NCBI GenBank assembly: GCA_947177125.1
Contig: CAMWTH010000001.1
Coordinates: forward strand, 1 to 50,001
Length of the DNA stretch: 50,001 bases
Direction of reading: 5' to 3'
Origin: an uncultured Mycoplasma sp.
Lineage (GTDB): Bacteria; Bacillota_I; Bacilli_A; Mycoplasmatales; Mycoplasmoidaceae
The first letter of the stretch is position 1. Each line of letters begins with the position of its first letter. Both the position numbers and the translations under genes were made by a program. This document shows, one piece after another, positions 25,965-37,889 of this stretch. A model generated the notes under the pieces. That model saw nothing but the letters and a program-made list of their open reading frames with translations, was not told the DNA's origin and ran no database searches.

Positions 25965-27530
25965 TTATTCTTTAAAAAACATTAATCACTTTAAATCATA
26001 TGAACTAGAATTAGGAGAGGAATCATCGATTAATTGTGATCTTTCATTATATGCTTTGTAAGTTAATAAATCATCATCAAAAATTAGTTCATATTTTCTA
26101 AATATTTCACCATTTGTTCTTTTGTCTTCAACAAAAATTCTTATATTCTTTTTTTGTAATTTAGAAAATTCATTATAAACATTAAAATAATATTTAACAC
26201 CTAAAAATAAAATACCATCATATTTAAAAACATTGAGTTTTTCATTTGTCTTTAAATTATTGTAAAAAAAATCAAGCCCAGGTCTTCCATTTTTTTCTAA
26301 AAATGAAATTGTTTGTGATGACCTTAAACCACTTCTAACTTCATCATTTATTTTGTATTCTTTTGCTTTAAAAATATCAATTGTGTTAGATGAACCAACT
26401 CTTGAAATGTCAATATAAGCTCCATTACCATTAGCATCAACACCTAAAACTTTATCAGTTACATTGTGTTTAGTATATTCAATTCAATTTCTAGAAAAAA
26501 TTAATTTATTTTCTAAATCATCATCACTATTTGAAACATTATTTATTAATTTTGTTTCAACAATAACTGGAACAGTATTCAGTTTTAAAACTTTTTTTTG
26601 CAATGTAACTGGTGTAGTATCTATACCATTTATAGCTAAACTTTTAGATTCTAATTCTTTTATTTTTTTAAAAATTTCAGAAAAAATTGTTCTTTTACCA
26701 CCAGGTAAAAGTGCTTCTTCATTAGTAAATAGATTTGCTAAAAAAGAGCTACTAAATGAATTAGTATTAGTTATCAAACTATCATTTACTACTTTTTTAT
26801 TTTTTGATGATTCTATAGACTCTACAAGTAAATTAGATTGACTTACTAAATCATCTGATGTTATTTCTTCTTCTTGAATTAAAGATTCATAAAAAGTTGA
26901 TTCAGAAATCTTGTTTGTGCTTTCATTTAAATCTTTTTTTTCAATAATAAAATCATCAATAACTTTTTCTTTTAATTCTGGATTTTCATGTTCAATATAA
27001 TTTTCATTTATCAATTTTTCTTCATCTTTTTTTATCATTGAAGAAACAGATGAGTAAGAAAAATTTTCATCTACTAAATCATATTTTTTTTCTTCAGTAG
27101 CTACTTTTTCTAAAAAAGACTTAACATAAATTTCTTTTTGATTTTTAAAAATTTCTTTAATTTTTTTAAAATCATCTTTGCCTACACCTTTGATTTTAAA
27201 GATTTTATAATTTTCTGTTTCAATCTCTATATAGGAATTAAAATGATTTTTATCATTTGGTACAAAATTTAAACTTCTTATATCTTTATATGTATAAACA
27301 CCACAAAAACTAACCTTATCTTTTTCATCACCAATAAATATTTTTTGGTTACTAAAACAAACTAATAAAGTGTTTTTTTTGTGCTTATAATATCCAACAA
27401 AAGCATAAATAGTAAATTCCCTTAAAGAGTACTTCTTTTGAATTTTTTCATATATCTTATTTAAATTTGCTCTTTTATTGAATGTCACTCTCAATGACTT
27501 AACATTGAAATTATTATTTTCTAAAATCAT
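25965..27530 (-). CDS. Hypothetical protein (521 aa): possible N-terminal bacterial PH-like domain, acidic linker, globular C-terminus
   Basis: ORF extended through TGA at 26484 to TAA at 25965; PH-like assignment by pattern only. Confidence 0.75.
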
Positions 27531-27754
27531 TTTCTTCCCTAATTTAACAAACTAACCAATAGAAATTACAAAAAATAAAAATGAGTAAATAAAAAAGCAA
27601 AATTACTTTTGTATATAATCACTCACTAAAGATTATAATTAATTAACAAATATATATATCACATAAATTTTATTTTTTATTTAATTTTTTAAAGTATTGA
27701 ATTTATGAGTGATTTTTAAATTATTTTTTACATTGAAATTGTAACTAAAAAAAT

Positions 27755-28651
27755 ATGACAACCATTTTAATAAAAAAAGAAAATTCAAAAAAAATATTAA
27801 AAAATTTTTTAACTGAAACATACCCAGAATTAACCATTTCAAAAATCAATAAGTTAATTAAAAAAGGTGATATTAAAGTTAACAAAAAGAAAAGTTCTTG
27901 AAACTATGAATTAAAAGAAAATGATTTAATTTCCTTTTATATAACACTAAAACAAACTAAAAATTTAACTTTTTTAAAAGCTGATGGCAAAATAAAAATT
28001 ATTTATGAAGATTTAAACATAATAGTTGTTGATAAACCTAGAGGAATTATTTGTCAACCAGATAAAAATGAAAAAATAAATACGCTTAATAACCAAATAA
28101 AAAAATATTTATATGAAAAACAAGATCAATCATACAAATTAGCAAATTTGTGTCACAGATTAGATAAATATACTAGTGGTGTTTGTGTTGCTGCAAAAAA
28201 TCAAAAAACACTAAAAGAATTGAATATGCAATGAAACACAAAAGCAATCTCCAAATTCTATTTAGCTTTATGCTATGGAAATTTTAAAGAAAACTCAAAA
28301 ACATTAATTGATTATGTTTGATTTAATGAAAAAACACAAAAGATGGAAATTGATAAAAATAACATTTATCACAAAAAAATGGAAACTAAATATTTTGTAA
28401 TTAAACAAAACAAAAATTATGCACTTTTAAAAATTGAAATCCTTACTGGAAAAAAACATCAAATTAGAGTACATATGTCATCAATTGGACATCCTGTTTT
28501 AGGAGATACAAAATATAATAAAATAAATAATTTTTCTTACAGATTCCCTTGTTTAATTTCTCATCAAATAAAATTTAATTTTCCAAAAAACCATTTCTTA
28601 AATTATTTAAATGAAAAAAATGTTGTTAGTAAAATAAAAGATTTTAAATAA
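27755..28651 (+). CDS. RluA-family pseudouridine synthase with N-terminal S4-like domain (298 aa)
   Basis: VDKPRG, CHRLDKYTSG, LTGKKHQIRVH, GHPVLGD. Confidence 0.95.
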
Positions 28652-28657
28652 TTACTA

Positions 28658-29140
28658 TTATAAATAAATAAAATTTGTTAAAAAGTGAAAATGATAACAA
28701 ACAATTGCCACAGTATTAGATAAATTAAAACTTCTAATGTTGTTATTCATTTCAACTTTTAATTGAAAATTTTCATATTTACTCATAATTTCTTTAGATA
28801 TTCCTTTTGTTTCTCTGCCAAAAACAAAAAAAATATTTTTGGACTTTGTTTCTTTAAAATTTAATTCACTTATTGATTTTTTTCCAAATTTTGTAATTAA
28901 AAATAATTGATTATTAATATTATTTAAAATATTCTTTGATTCAAAATCATTTCAATCATCATATTCAGTTCTATCAAGTTTATCTCAATAGTCTAATCCT
29001 GCTCTCTTCATCCTTTTATCATCCATAATAAAACCATAAGGTCTTATCAGATGAAGTTTTGCATTAAAACCAACACAACTTCTAGATATATTGCCTGTAT
29101 TTTCTGGAATTTCTGGTTGAAATAAAACAATATTAAGCAT
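28658..29140 (-). CDS. trmL: tRNA (cytidine/uridine-34 2'-O)-methyltransferase (160 aa)
   Basis: Not in the ORF track; [42 protein letters not shown]. Confidence 0.95.
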
Positions 29141-29143
29141 AAT

Positions 29144-29908
29144 TTACTCTATATTCTTTAAAGCCATTTCTATTAATTTATTGATTATAGAAGATCTACT
29201 TTCATTTGTTCTTTCTTCTAGTTCTTTTAATTTAATAACAATGCTATTTTTTAAATAAATATTTGTCTTTACTTCTAATTTTTCTTTAACATTCAAAAAT
29301 TGTTTAATTTTATCTTCTTCAAAATAATTTTCTGATCTATTATTTTCTTGTTTTTTCAAAGCTTCATTGTAAGTTTTAATAGTAGATCTTGGTTTTAAAT
29401 TTTTATATGAATTATTCTCATTTGATTGAATTGTTTCTTTAAAATTATCATCATTTAAAGTATTTTCATTGTCTGTGTTAGCAATATTAGTATTGTCTTG
29501 TTTTGAAGAAAAAAATTCTTTAATAGGGTCCTTTTTTTCAAAAAAAGACTGAACAATTTCTTTTTTTTCTATTGGCTTTTCATTTAGGATATCATCATAA
29601 TTTACTTCATATGTTTTTTTTGTAACTTGATTTACATTATTTTTTTCAGATTCAGTGTTGTTTTCTATGATTGTATTTTCTTTTTCTTTTTTTTCTATTT
29701 CATTTACTTTGTTATCAAGATTTTCTGAATTAATAACATTGTTTAAATTGTTTTCACTTTTTTTCAAATCATCTAATTTTATTTTTATTTTGCTAGTATT
29801 GTCTTCGTTTTTTATTGGTGTGTTATTTATCATAAAATTATTTGAATTTTTTTCAACAAAATCATCATCTGCCAAATCAGTAAAAGTATATTTTCTTTTT
29901 TTTGACAT
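29144..29908 (-). CDS. ParA partner: basic N-terminal peptide, long low-complexity linker, C-terminal ribbon-helix-helix-like domain (254 aa)
   Basis: C-terminus VKTNIYLKNSIVIKLKELEERTNESRSSIINKLIEMAL fits the RHH/CopG pattern; start overlaps the parA stop (TAATG). Confidence 0.75.
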   Translation of the reverse strand: MSKKRKYTFTDLADDDFVEKNSNNFMINNTPIKNEDNTSKIKIKLDDLKKSENNLNNVINSENLDNKVNEIEKKEKENTIIENNTESEKNNVNQVTKKTYEVNYDDILNEKPIEKKEIVQSFFEKKDPIKEFFSSKQDNTNIANTDNENTLNDDNFKETIQSNENNSYKNLKPRSTIKTYNEALKKQENNRSENYFEEDKIKQFLNVKEKLEVKTNIYLKNSIVIKLKELEERTNESRSSIINKLIEMALKNIE

Positions 29909-30786
29909 TATGAAATTCCTCCACTATTATTTTGATCTGTGTTTGGATTTATATTTAAATTTGTATTTGGTTCAGTTTCTTGATTTGCTTCAATATTATT
30001 TACAGATTTTTCTTTATTGTAAATAACATAGTCCAAAATTTCTTCTCTTAAGTTATGATATTCATCTTGATATTTGCTTTTAAAAGAACTCATAACAATA
30101 GGAACTCTTTCATATCCAACAGAAGCAGTAGATTTAGTTGTTGAACTAATAAAATTTGATGTTACATAAACACCTTGTACTTTTAATTTTGGTCTCAATG
30201 CATGCTCAATAATATCATTGTGTATTGTCACACGAGTATTAACTTTTGTAGGGATAGCAATTATTTTCATTTCAGGATTATTTTTTTTCTGAAATTCTTT
30301 TGCTGCATTAATAATTCTTTTTAAACCTAATGTAGCATATTGATCAGGTTCAAAAGGAACCAATGCAACATCAACAATAGAAAGTGTTGTAGCAACAACA
30401 ACAGACATTGCTGGTGGTGTATCAATAATTACGTAATCATAAATTTCATTAAGTTTATTGATTAGCATTTTTAAATTTGATTGATTTATTTGTCCTGAAT
30501 TAACCATAAAGTCAAAATAATTTAGTTCATCATTCCCAGGAACTATAAAAAGGTTATCACTTACTCTAACAATAACTTGTTCAAGTGAACATTCTCCTTT
30601 CAAAAAATCCATAATAGCAAATTCTAAATCATCAGGTCTTTTACCAAAAGTAGCAATAACATTTCCTTGCCCATCTAAATCCACTATTATTACTTTTTTA
30701 TTATCTCTAGCAAGAGATGCAGCTAAATTTGTTGATAAAGTTGTTTTTAAAACTCCACCTTTATTATTAACTACTCCTATTTTCAT
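29908..30786 (-). CDS. parA: ParA/Soj-family ATPase (292 aa)
   Basis: NNKGGVLKTT, DLDGQGN, YDYVIIDTPP; ATG at 30786 with RBS gggag. Confidence 0.95.
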   Translation of the reverse strand: MKIGVVNNKGGVLKTTLSTNLAASLARDNKKVIIVDLDGQGNVIATFGKRPDDLEFAIMDFLKGECSLEQVIVRVSDNLFIVPGNDELNYFDFMVNSGQINQSNLKMLINKLNEIYDYVIIDTPPAMSVVVATTLSIVDVALVPFEPDQYATLGLKRIINAAKEFQKKNNPEMKIIAIPTKVNTRVTIHNDIIEHALRPKLKVQGVYVTSNFISSTTKSTASVGYERVPIVMSSFKSKYQDEYHNLREEILDYVIYNKEKSVNNIEANQETEPNTNLNINPNTDQNNSGGIS

Positions 30787-30816
30787 ACTATATAACTCCC
30801 AAACATAAAAGATTAT

Positions 30817-31179
30817 CAATAATTACTATAACAATTATGTAATAGATTATATTTTAAATACATAATTAATTACATAATATTTAGTTTTAATTAACTGTTC
30901 TCTGCATTTTTTTATAAAAACAATAATTACATAGCTGATTATGTAGTTATTTTTCTTTATCAATAATTACGTAATTAATTATAGAGTTATTTACAAAAAA
31001 ACAAATCTTTCTTTTTTTATTTATAATTACGTAATTAAATATGGAATTATTAATAAAGTCTAATATTCTCTTTATTTTCAATAATTACATAATCAAATAT
31101 GGAATTATTGTTTTAATTATTTTTAATGAGTTCCTTATTTTTTATTTCTATAATTACGTAATTAATTATATATTTATTT
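30817..31179. repeat. Array of ~30-bp imperfect palindromes (consensus ~AATAATTACRTAATNAWTATGNARTTATT) upstream of parA; centromere (parS/parC)-like
   Basis: Copies begin near 30818 (degenerate), 30922, 30962, 31022, 31080, 31149; an inverted partial copy lies at 31903-31920. Confidence 0.8.
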
Positions 31180-31513
31180 TATTTTTGTAAAGTTTTTTGC
31201 TTCTTTCTTGTGTTTTAGTCTTTTGTTAGTCTTAACACTAAAGATAAAACTTACTTTTCTTGTTTGATAAAAAAGGTAAAAAATCATTTTTAAGGCTATT
31301 TAAAGGTTTTTGAGACAAAGTCAAAGAAAAAATATATTTTTTATTTTAAACACTCTAAAAACGCTTAAAAATGCTGTTATTTTTTGTTTTTTTTACTTTG
31401 TTTCAAATTCTTTTTTTAATAGCATCAATCATTAGAGATAAATATACAATATCTTTATTGCTTAAAAAATTTAAAATGTAGATCTGGTGAATTAACTTAG
31501 TTTTTTTATATTT

Positions 31514-31620
31514 TAAGTATTACTAAAGTAATACTTAGTAAGTAAACAATTAAAAAATTTGAACTTCATAGCTAAATCATTTAAAATTAGTATATTAACT
31601 ATTACTAAAGTAATAGTTAA
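31514..31620. repeat. Two palindromes sharing the core TATTACTAAAGTAATA
   Basis: taagtattact-aa-agtaatactta (31514-31537) and ttaactattact-aa-agtaatagttaa (31595-31620). Confidence 0.85.
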
Positions 31621-31994
31621 AATATGAAAAAAAATGATAAATTTGTATTTTCATATTAAACTTTAAGAAATGGATCATAAAACTTAAAATAAAGCCTTTA
31701 GAAAAGAGAAAACAAAAAAAATGAACTAAACTATTGTTTTTGAGTTAAAATCTCTTAAAATCATTAAAAACGCTGTTATTTTTGTTTTTATACCATTGAT
31801 TTTAGGTAAAATTCTGAAAAAAATAAAAATCAAAAAGATTTATTTTTTTAAAAATTACCAAAAAGTAATCATTTTGTAATTAAAAAAAATACAATTATGT
31901 TATTGATTATGTAATTATTGAATTTTCTTACTTTTTATAAAAAAATAAATTAAATATTAAAAATTTATCCATTTGTTTTTTATCAATTAAACAA

Positions 31995-32900
<906 letters not shown>

Positions 32901-32932
32901 AAGTTTTAAACAATATTAGTTTGGAATAAAAA

Positions 32933-32965
32933 AATATCCATAATTTATTTTTAATTATGGATATT
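32933..32965 (-). terminator. Intrinsic terminator after gyrA
   Basis: aatatccataatt / aattatggatatt, followed by a T-run on the minus strand. Confidence 0.7.
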
Positions 32966-32989
32966 AATTTTTATATATTTATTGTGTTT

Positions 32990-35506
32990 TTATTCCATTT
33001 CATCATCTTTATTATCATTTTTAAATAAAGCTGCTGAAATAATTTTTTCTTTTGGTTGCAGTTTAACTAATGTTACACCAGATGTTGATCTACCAATAAC
33101 TCTTAGTTTTTGCAATGATAATCTAATTATCTTTCCAGAACTTGTAACAATTAGTATTTCTTCGTCACCTCTAACAGCTGAAGAAAAAATTAATTTTCCT
33201 GTTTTTTCATTTTGTTTTAGAGTAACTACACCTTTAGATCCTCTTCTAGTTAAACGATAATTTTCTGCTTCAGATAATTTTCCTAGTCCTTTCTCACCAA
33301 TAGAAAGAATTAAATCACCACTTTGTGAAGAAGATGCACCTACAACATTTATTGTAGTATCCACTTTTTTCTTTGCTCTACCAGCTGCTTTTACTTCAAT
33401 GTTTATTCCTTTTACACCGGATGCAGTTCTACCCATTACTCTCACATCTTGTTCATTAAATCTAGCCAATAAACCATTTGATGCACCTAAATAAATTTCA
33501 TCTTTTCCTCTAGTTAAAAATGCTGACAAAAGTTGATCACCTTCTCTTAAAGTAATTGCTCTTTTCCCATTTGATTTAATTGAATTGTATTCTGATAAAC
33601 TTGTTCTTTTTACAATTCCTTTAACAGTTGCTAAAAATAAAAAACCCTTTGAATAATCATCAACTGGTAACATAACTAATATTTTTTCATTTTTTTCGAT
33701 ATTAATTAAGTTTAATGCTGGAATCCCTTTTGCTTGTCTTGATCCTGGTGGTACTTCATGTGCTCTGATTCGATAAACTTTACCAAAATCTGTAAAAAAT
33801 AATAAATCTGTATGAGTAGTAGTTGTTATAATGTCATCTACTTCATCATCATTATATGTACTAACACCTTTAACACCTACACCACCTCTATGTTGTAATT
33901 TATATGCTTCAATTGAAATTCTTTTTAAATAATTATTTGATGATCTACTAATAACAACATTTTCAACTGGAATTAAATCTTCATCATCAATTGATGCAGA
34001 AACACCATATAAAATTTCTGTTTTTCTTTCATCACCATAAACTTTTTTTAAATTTAACAATTCATTTGAAATGATTTCAATTTGCTTATCATTTGACTTT
34101 AATATACTTGTTAGTTCAGTAATTAAAGCTTTCATTTCTTTTAATTCTTCTTCAATTTTAATTCTTTCTAAATTAGAAAGATTTCTTAGTCTCATATCTA
34201 AAATTGCTTTTGCTTGAATTTTTGATAATTTAAATTTTGAAATCAATTGTTTTTCAGCATCATCATTGTCTTTAGAGTTTCTTATAACCTTAATAACAGC
34301 ATCAATATTTGAAACAGCAATAAATAAACCTTCTAAAATATGTGCTCTTTCTTCTGCTTTTTTAAGATCAAATTTAGTTTTTCTAACCAATACTTTAATT
34401 TGATGTTTTAAATATTCTTGTAAAACTTCTTTTATATTTAATAATTTTGGTTCACCATCAACTAAAGCAAGCATATTAACACTAAAATTTGATTGTAATG
34501 GTGTCATTTTAAAAAGTTTATTCAATAAAACTTCTGGAACTACATCTTTTTTTGCTTCAATAACAATTCTAATTCCTTCTCTTGATGATTCATCTCGTAA
34601 ATCAGCTATTCCTTCAATTGCGTTTGTTTTAACTAATTCAACAATTTTATCTATTAAATTACTTTTGTTAATCATATAAGGAATCTCTTTAATAATAATT
34701 TGTGATTTAGAATCCTTACTATGAATGATTTCTGCTTTTGATCTTATTGTTACTGAACCTCTTCCAGTTTCAAAATAACTATTTATTCCACTTGTTCCAA
34801 CAATTTCTGCTTTTGTTGGAAAATCAGGTCCTTTAAGAACTTGTTTTATTTCATTAACAGAAGCATCTTTATTTTTTGCTAATAATAAAACTGCATCAAT
34901 AATTTCTGATAAATTATGTGGTGGAATATTTGTTGCCATCCCAACAGCAATTCCTGAAGATCCATTTGCCAACATATTTGGAAATAGTGCAGGTAAAACA
35001 GATGGCTCCATTTCACTACCATCATAGTTTTCTACAAAATCAACTGTATCTTTTTCAATATATTTAAGCATTTCAGAAGAAATTTTTGATAGTCTTGCTT
35101 CTGTATAACGCATTGCTGCTGCTGAATCTCCATCTATTGAACCAAAATTACCATGTCCATCAATTAGCATATATCTCATTGAAAAATCTTGAGCCATTCT
35201 AACCATTGTTTCATATGCTGCAGTGTCACCATGTGGGTGAAATTTCCCTATTATTTCTCCTACAAGTCTTGCAGATTTTTTATATGGCTTATCATGTGTC
35301 ATTCCCATATTATATGCTGCATATAATACTCTTCGGTGAACTGGTTTAAATCCATCTCTTACATCTGGAATTGCTCTTGCAACAATTACAGACATTGCAT
35401 AGTCCATAAAAGAATTTTCAATTTCTTTTGTAATTGATTGATTTGTAACTTTTGTTTTACTTAAATTTTCTTTAATTTTTTCAATATTTATATTATTTGA
35501 TGACAT
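32990..35506 (-). CDS. gyrA: DNA gyrase subunit A
   Basis: [26 protein letters not shown], GyrA-box QHRGGVG. Confidence 0.99.
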   Translation of the reverse strand: MSSNNINIEKIKENLSKTKVTNQSITKEIENSFMDYAMSVIVARAIPDVRDGFKPVHRRVLYAAYNMGMTHDKPYKKSARLVGEIIGKFHPHGDTAAYETMVRMAQDFSMRYMLIDGHGNFGSIDGDSAAAMRYTEARLSKISSEMLKYIEKDTVDFVENYDGSEMEPSVLPALFPNMLANGSSGIAVGMATNIPPHNLSEIIDAVLLLAKNKDASVNEIKQVLKGPDFPTKAEIVGTSGINSYFETGRGSVTIRSKAEIIHSKDSKSQIIIKEIPYMINKSNLIDKIVELVKTNAIEGIADLRDESSREGIRIVIEAKKDVVPEVLLNKLFKMTPLQSNFSVNMLALVDGEPKLLNIKEVLQEYLKHQIKVLVRKTKFDLKKAEERAHILEGLFIAVSNIDAVIKVIRNSKDNDDAEKQLISKFKLSKIQAKAILDMRLRNLSNLERIKIEEELKEMKALITELTSILKSNDKQIEIISNELLNLKKVYGDERKTEILYGVSASIDDEDLIPVENVVISRSSNNYLKRISIEAYKLQHRGGVGVKGVSTYNDDEVDDIITTTTHTDLLFFTDFGKVYRIRAHEVPPGSRQAKGIPALNLINIEKNEKILVMLPVDDYSKGFLFLATVKGIVKRTSLSEYNSIKSNGKRAITLREGDQLLSAFLTRGKDEIYLGASNGLLARFNEQDVRVMGRTASGVKGINIEVKAAGRAKKKVDTTINVVGASSSQSGDLILSIGEKGLGKLSEAENYRLTRRGSKGVVTLKQNEKTGKLIFSSAVRGDEEILIVTSSGKIIRLSLQKLRVIGRSTSGVTLVKLQPKEKIISAALFKNDNKDDEME

Positions 35507-35526
35507 ATTTTTATTACCTTAATTTT

Positions 35527-37482
35527 TTAAATGTCTAAATTTTTTACATATTTAGCATTTTTCTCAATAAATTCTTTTCTTGGTGCTACTTCATCACCCA
35601 TTAAAAGTGAAAAAGTTTTATCTGCACTTAAAGCATCTTCAATTGTTACTTTTAACAATAATCTATTTTTTGGATCCATTGTTGTTTCTCAAAGTTGATC
35701 AGGATTCATTTCACCTAACCCTTTATATCTTTGAATTTGATATTTTACTTTACTATTTTCTTTTTTAAATTCATCCAATGTTTTTTGATCATAAGCATAT
35801 TTAAATGATTTTCCAACAGAAAATTTAAATAGCGGAGGTTGAGCAATATATACATTTCCATTTTCTAATAAAGGTTGCATATATCTAAAAAAGAAAGTTA
35901 AAAGTAAAATTCTAATGTGTGAACCGTCTACATCAGCATCTGTCATTAATATAATTTTGTTATATCTTAACTTATCAATTTTAAATTCTGGACCTACACC
36001 AGCTCCAATTGCAGTGATTAAGTTAATAATTTCATCATTTGCAAAAATCTTTTCACTTTTTGCTTTTTCTACATTAAGAATTTTTCCTTTTAAAGGTAGT
36101 ATAGCTTGGTATATTCTATCTCTTCCAAGTTTTGCACTACCACCTGCTGAATCACCTTCTACTATGTATAATTCTGAAATTTCGCTATCTTTTGTTGAAC
36201 AGTCTGCTAATTTACCTGGAAGTGAATTTGATTCAAATGGAGATTTTCTTCTTGTTGCTTCTCTAGCTTCAAATGATTTTTTTCTTGCCTCCATTGCAAG
36301 CATACATTTTTTAATAATAGATGTAGCATCTTCTGGGTTTTCTAATAAATATTTTTCAAAAATTTCTCCAACTACACTACTTACAAATGGTCTTACTTCA
36401 CTATTTCCTAATTTTCTTTTTGTTTGCCCTTCATATTGTGGATTAGGGTGTTTAACTGAAACAATTGCAGTTAAACCTTCAATAACATCTTCTTTAGATA
36501 TTTTTTCATCTGTTTCTTTCAATAATTTTTTATCCAAAGCAAATTTATTAATTACTTTTTGAATAGCAAATTTAAAACCTTCTTCATGACTACCACCTTC
36601 AGTAGTATTAATATTGTTACAAAAAGTAAAAGTTGAATTGTTATATGTTTTGTTATATTGAAAAGCTACTTCAACTCTAATATTATATTTATCCTTATTA
36701 TTTCCTGCTTTTACTGTTTCTTCTCTATCATCATAAACAATTGTTTGTACCATAGGTTCTTTTTCTTTATTTAGTTCTTCAACTCATTGTTTTATTCCAC
36801 CAGCAAATAAAAAAGATTCTTTATCATTATTTCTTTCATCAAAAAAATTAATTTTAATTCCTTTATTAAGATATGCTAATTGTTTAAGTCTGTTTTTAAT
36901 AGTTAGTGAATCAAATTCTGCTTTCTCCATAATTTCATAGTCAGGATAAAATTCAATAAGTGTTCCTTTTTTAATTGGTGATTTCTCATTTGTTATTTTT
37001 AATTCACTAACTGGTTTACCACCATCTTTAAATTCAATAAAATGTTCTTTATTATCACGATATACTCATACTTTAAATCAACTTGATAATGCATTAACAA
37101 CTGATGCACCTACCCCATGTAAACCACCTGATACTTTATATGAATCATTATCAAATTTTCCACCAGCATGTAAAATAGTTAAAACTGTTTCCACTGTTGA
37201 TTTTTTAGTTTTAGCATGTTTTTCTACTGGGATTCCTCTACCATCATCTTGAACTTTTACAGATCCATTTTTAGTAATTGTTACACTAATTTCTGTAGCA
37301 TTTCCTGTCATTGCTTCATCAATTGAGTTATCAACAATTTCCCAAACCATATGATGTAATCCTTTAACATCAGTTGAACCAATATACATTCCAGGTCTTT
37401 TTCTTACTGCTTCTAGTCCTTCAAGGATTTTAATATTTGAAGCTGAATAACTGTTTTTTTTAGTTTTTGTTTCTTTATTCAT
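35527..37482 (-). CDS. gyrB: DNA gyrase subunit B (651 aa)
   Basis: [37 protein letters not shown]; joined through TGA. Confidence 0.99.
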
Positions 37483-37702
37483 TGGTACTATTCTCCTTAA
37501 TAATTAAATAATTACTATCATTTACTGAAATTTTTGAACCACCATATAATTTTCTATTTCTTCTTTTTTCAGGTATTCCATCAACCATTACATTACTTTT
37601 TTCTAAAAATTTTTTAGATTCTGATCCATTTTCTATAATTCCACTGAATTTTAAAAATTGAGACAATTTTATGTAAGGTGTTTTAATAAATATTTTTATC
37701 AT
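37475..37702 (-). CDS. yaaA: S4-domain protein, YaaA-like
   Basis: YIKLSQFLK...V.VDG..E.RR.RKLY; position between dnaN and gyrB. Confidence 0.85.
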   Translation of the reverse strand: MIKIFIKTPYIKLSQFLKFSGIIENGSESKKFLEKSNVMVDGIPEKRRNRKLYGGSKISVNDSNYLIIKENSTNE

Positions 37703-37889
37703 TTTTTCCTTTTAAAATGAAAGAACATAATATATAAAATTATATATTTTAATATTAAAAAATATAAAAAATTAAATAATTAAAATATACTACATACCTA
37801 AAAATCAAATTTTTAATACTTTATTTTGTACTTTAAATAAAAAAATGACAAAAACATCTATTTTTTTAAAAAAATATTTTTAGTTTTTT

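Noticed and set aside
30922..30951. dif/Xer-like site (arm-6bp-arm with ttatgt)
   Set aside because: Multi-copy, origin-proximal and no recombinase nearby; better explained as part of the parA-upstream array.
30817..31179. Possible CRISPR array (about 30-bp repeats with spacers)
   Set aside because: Repeats are degenerate, spacers are irregular (10-40 bp) and low-complexity, and no cas genes are in the window.
35915..36562. Long antisense ORFs (also 39250-39831, 26464-26841, 29655-30026, 43228-43611, 20721-21071 and shorter ones)
   Set aside because: Shadows of real genes on the opposite strand; no motifs of their own.
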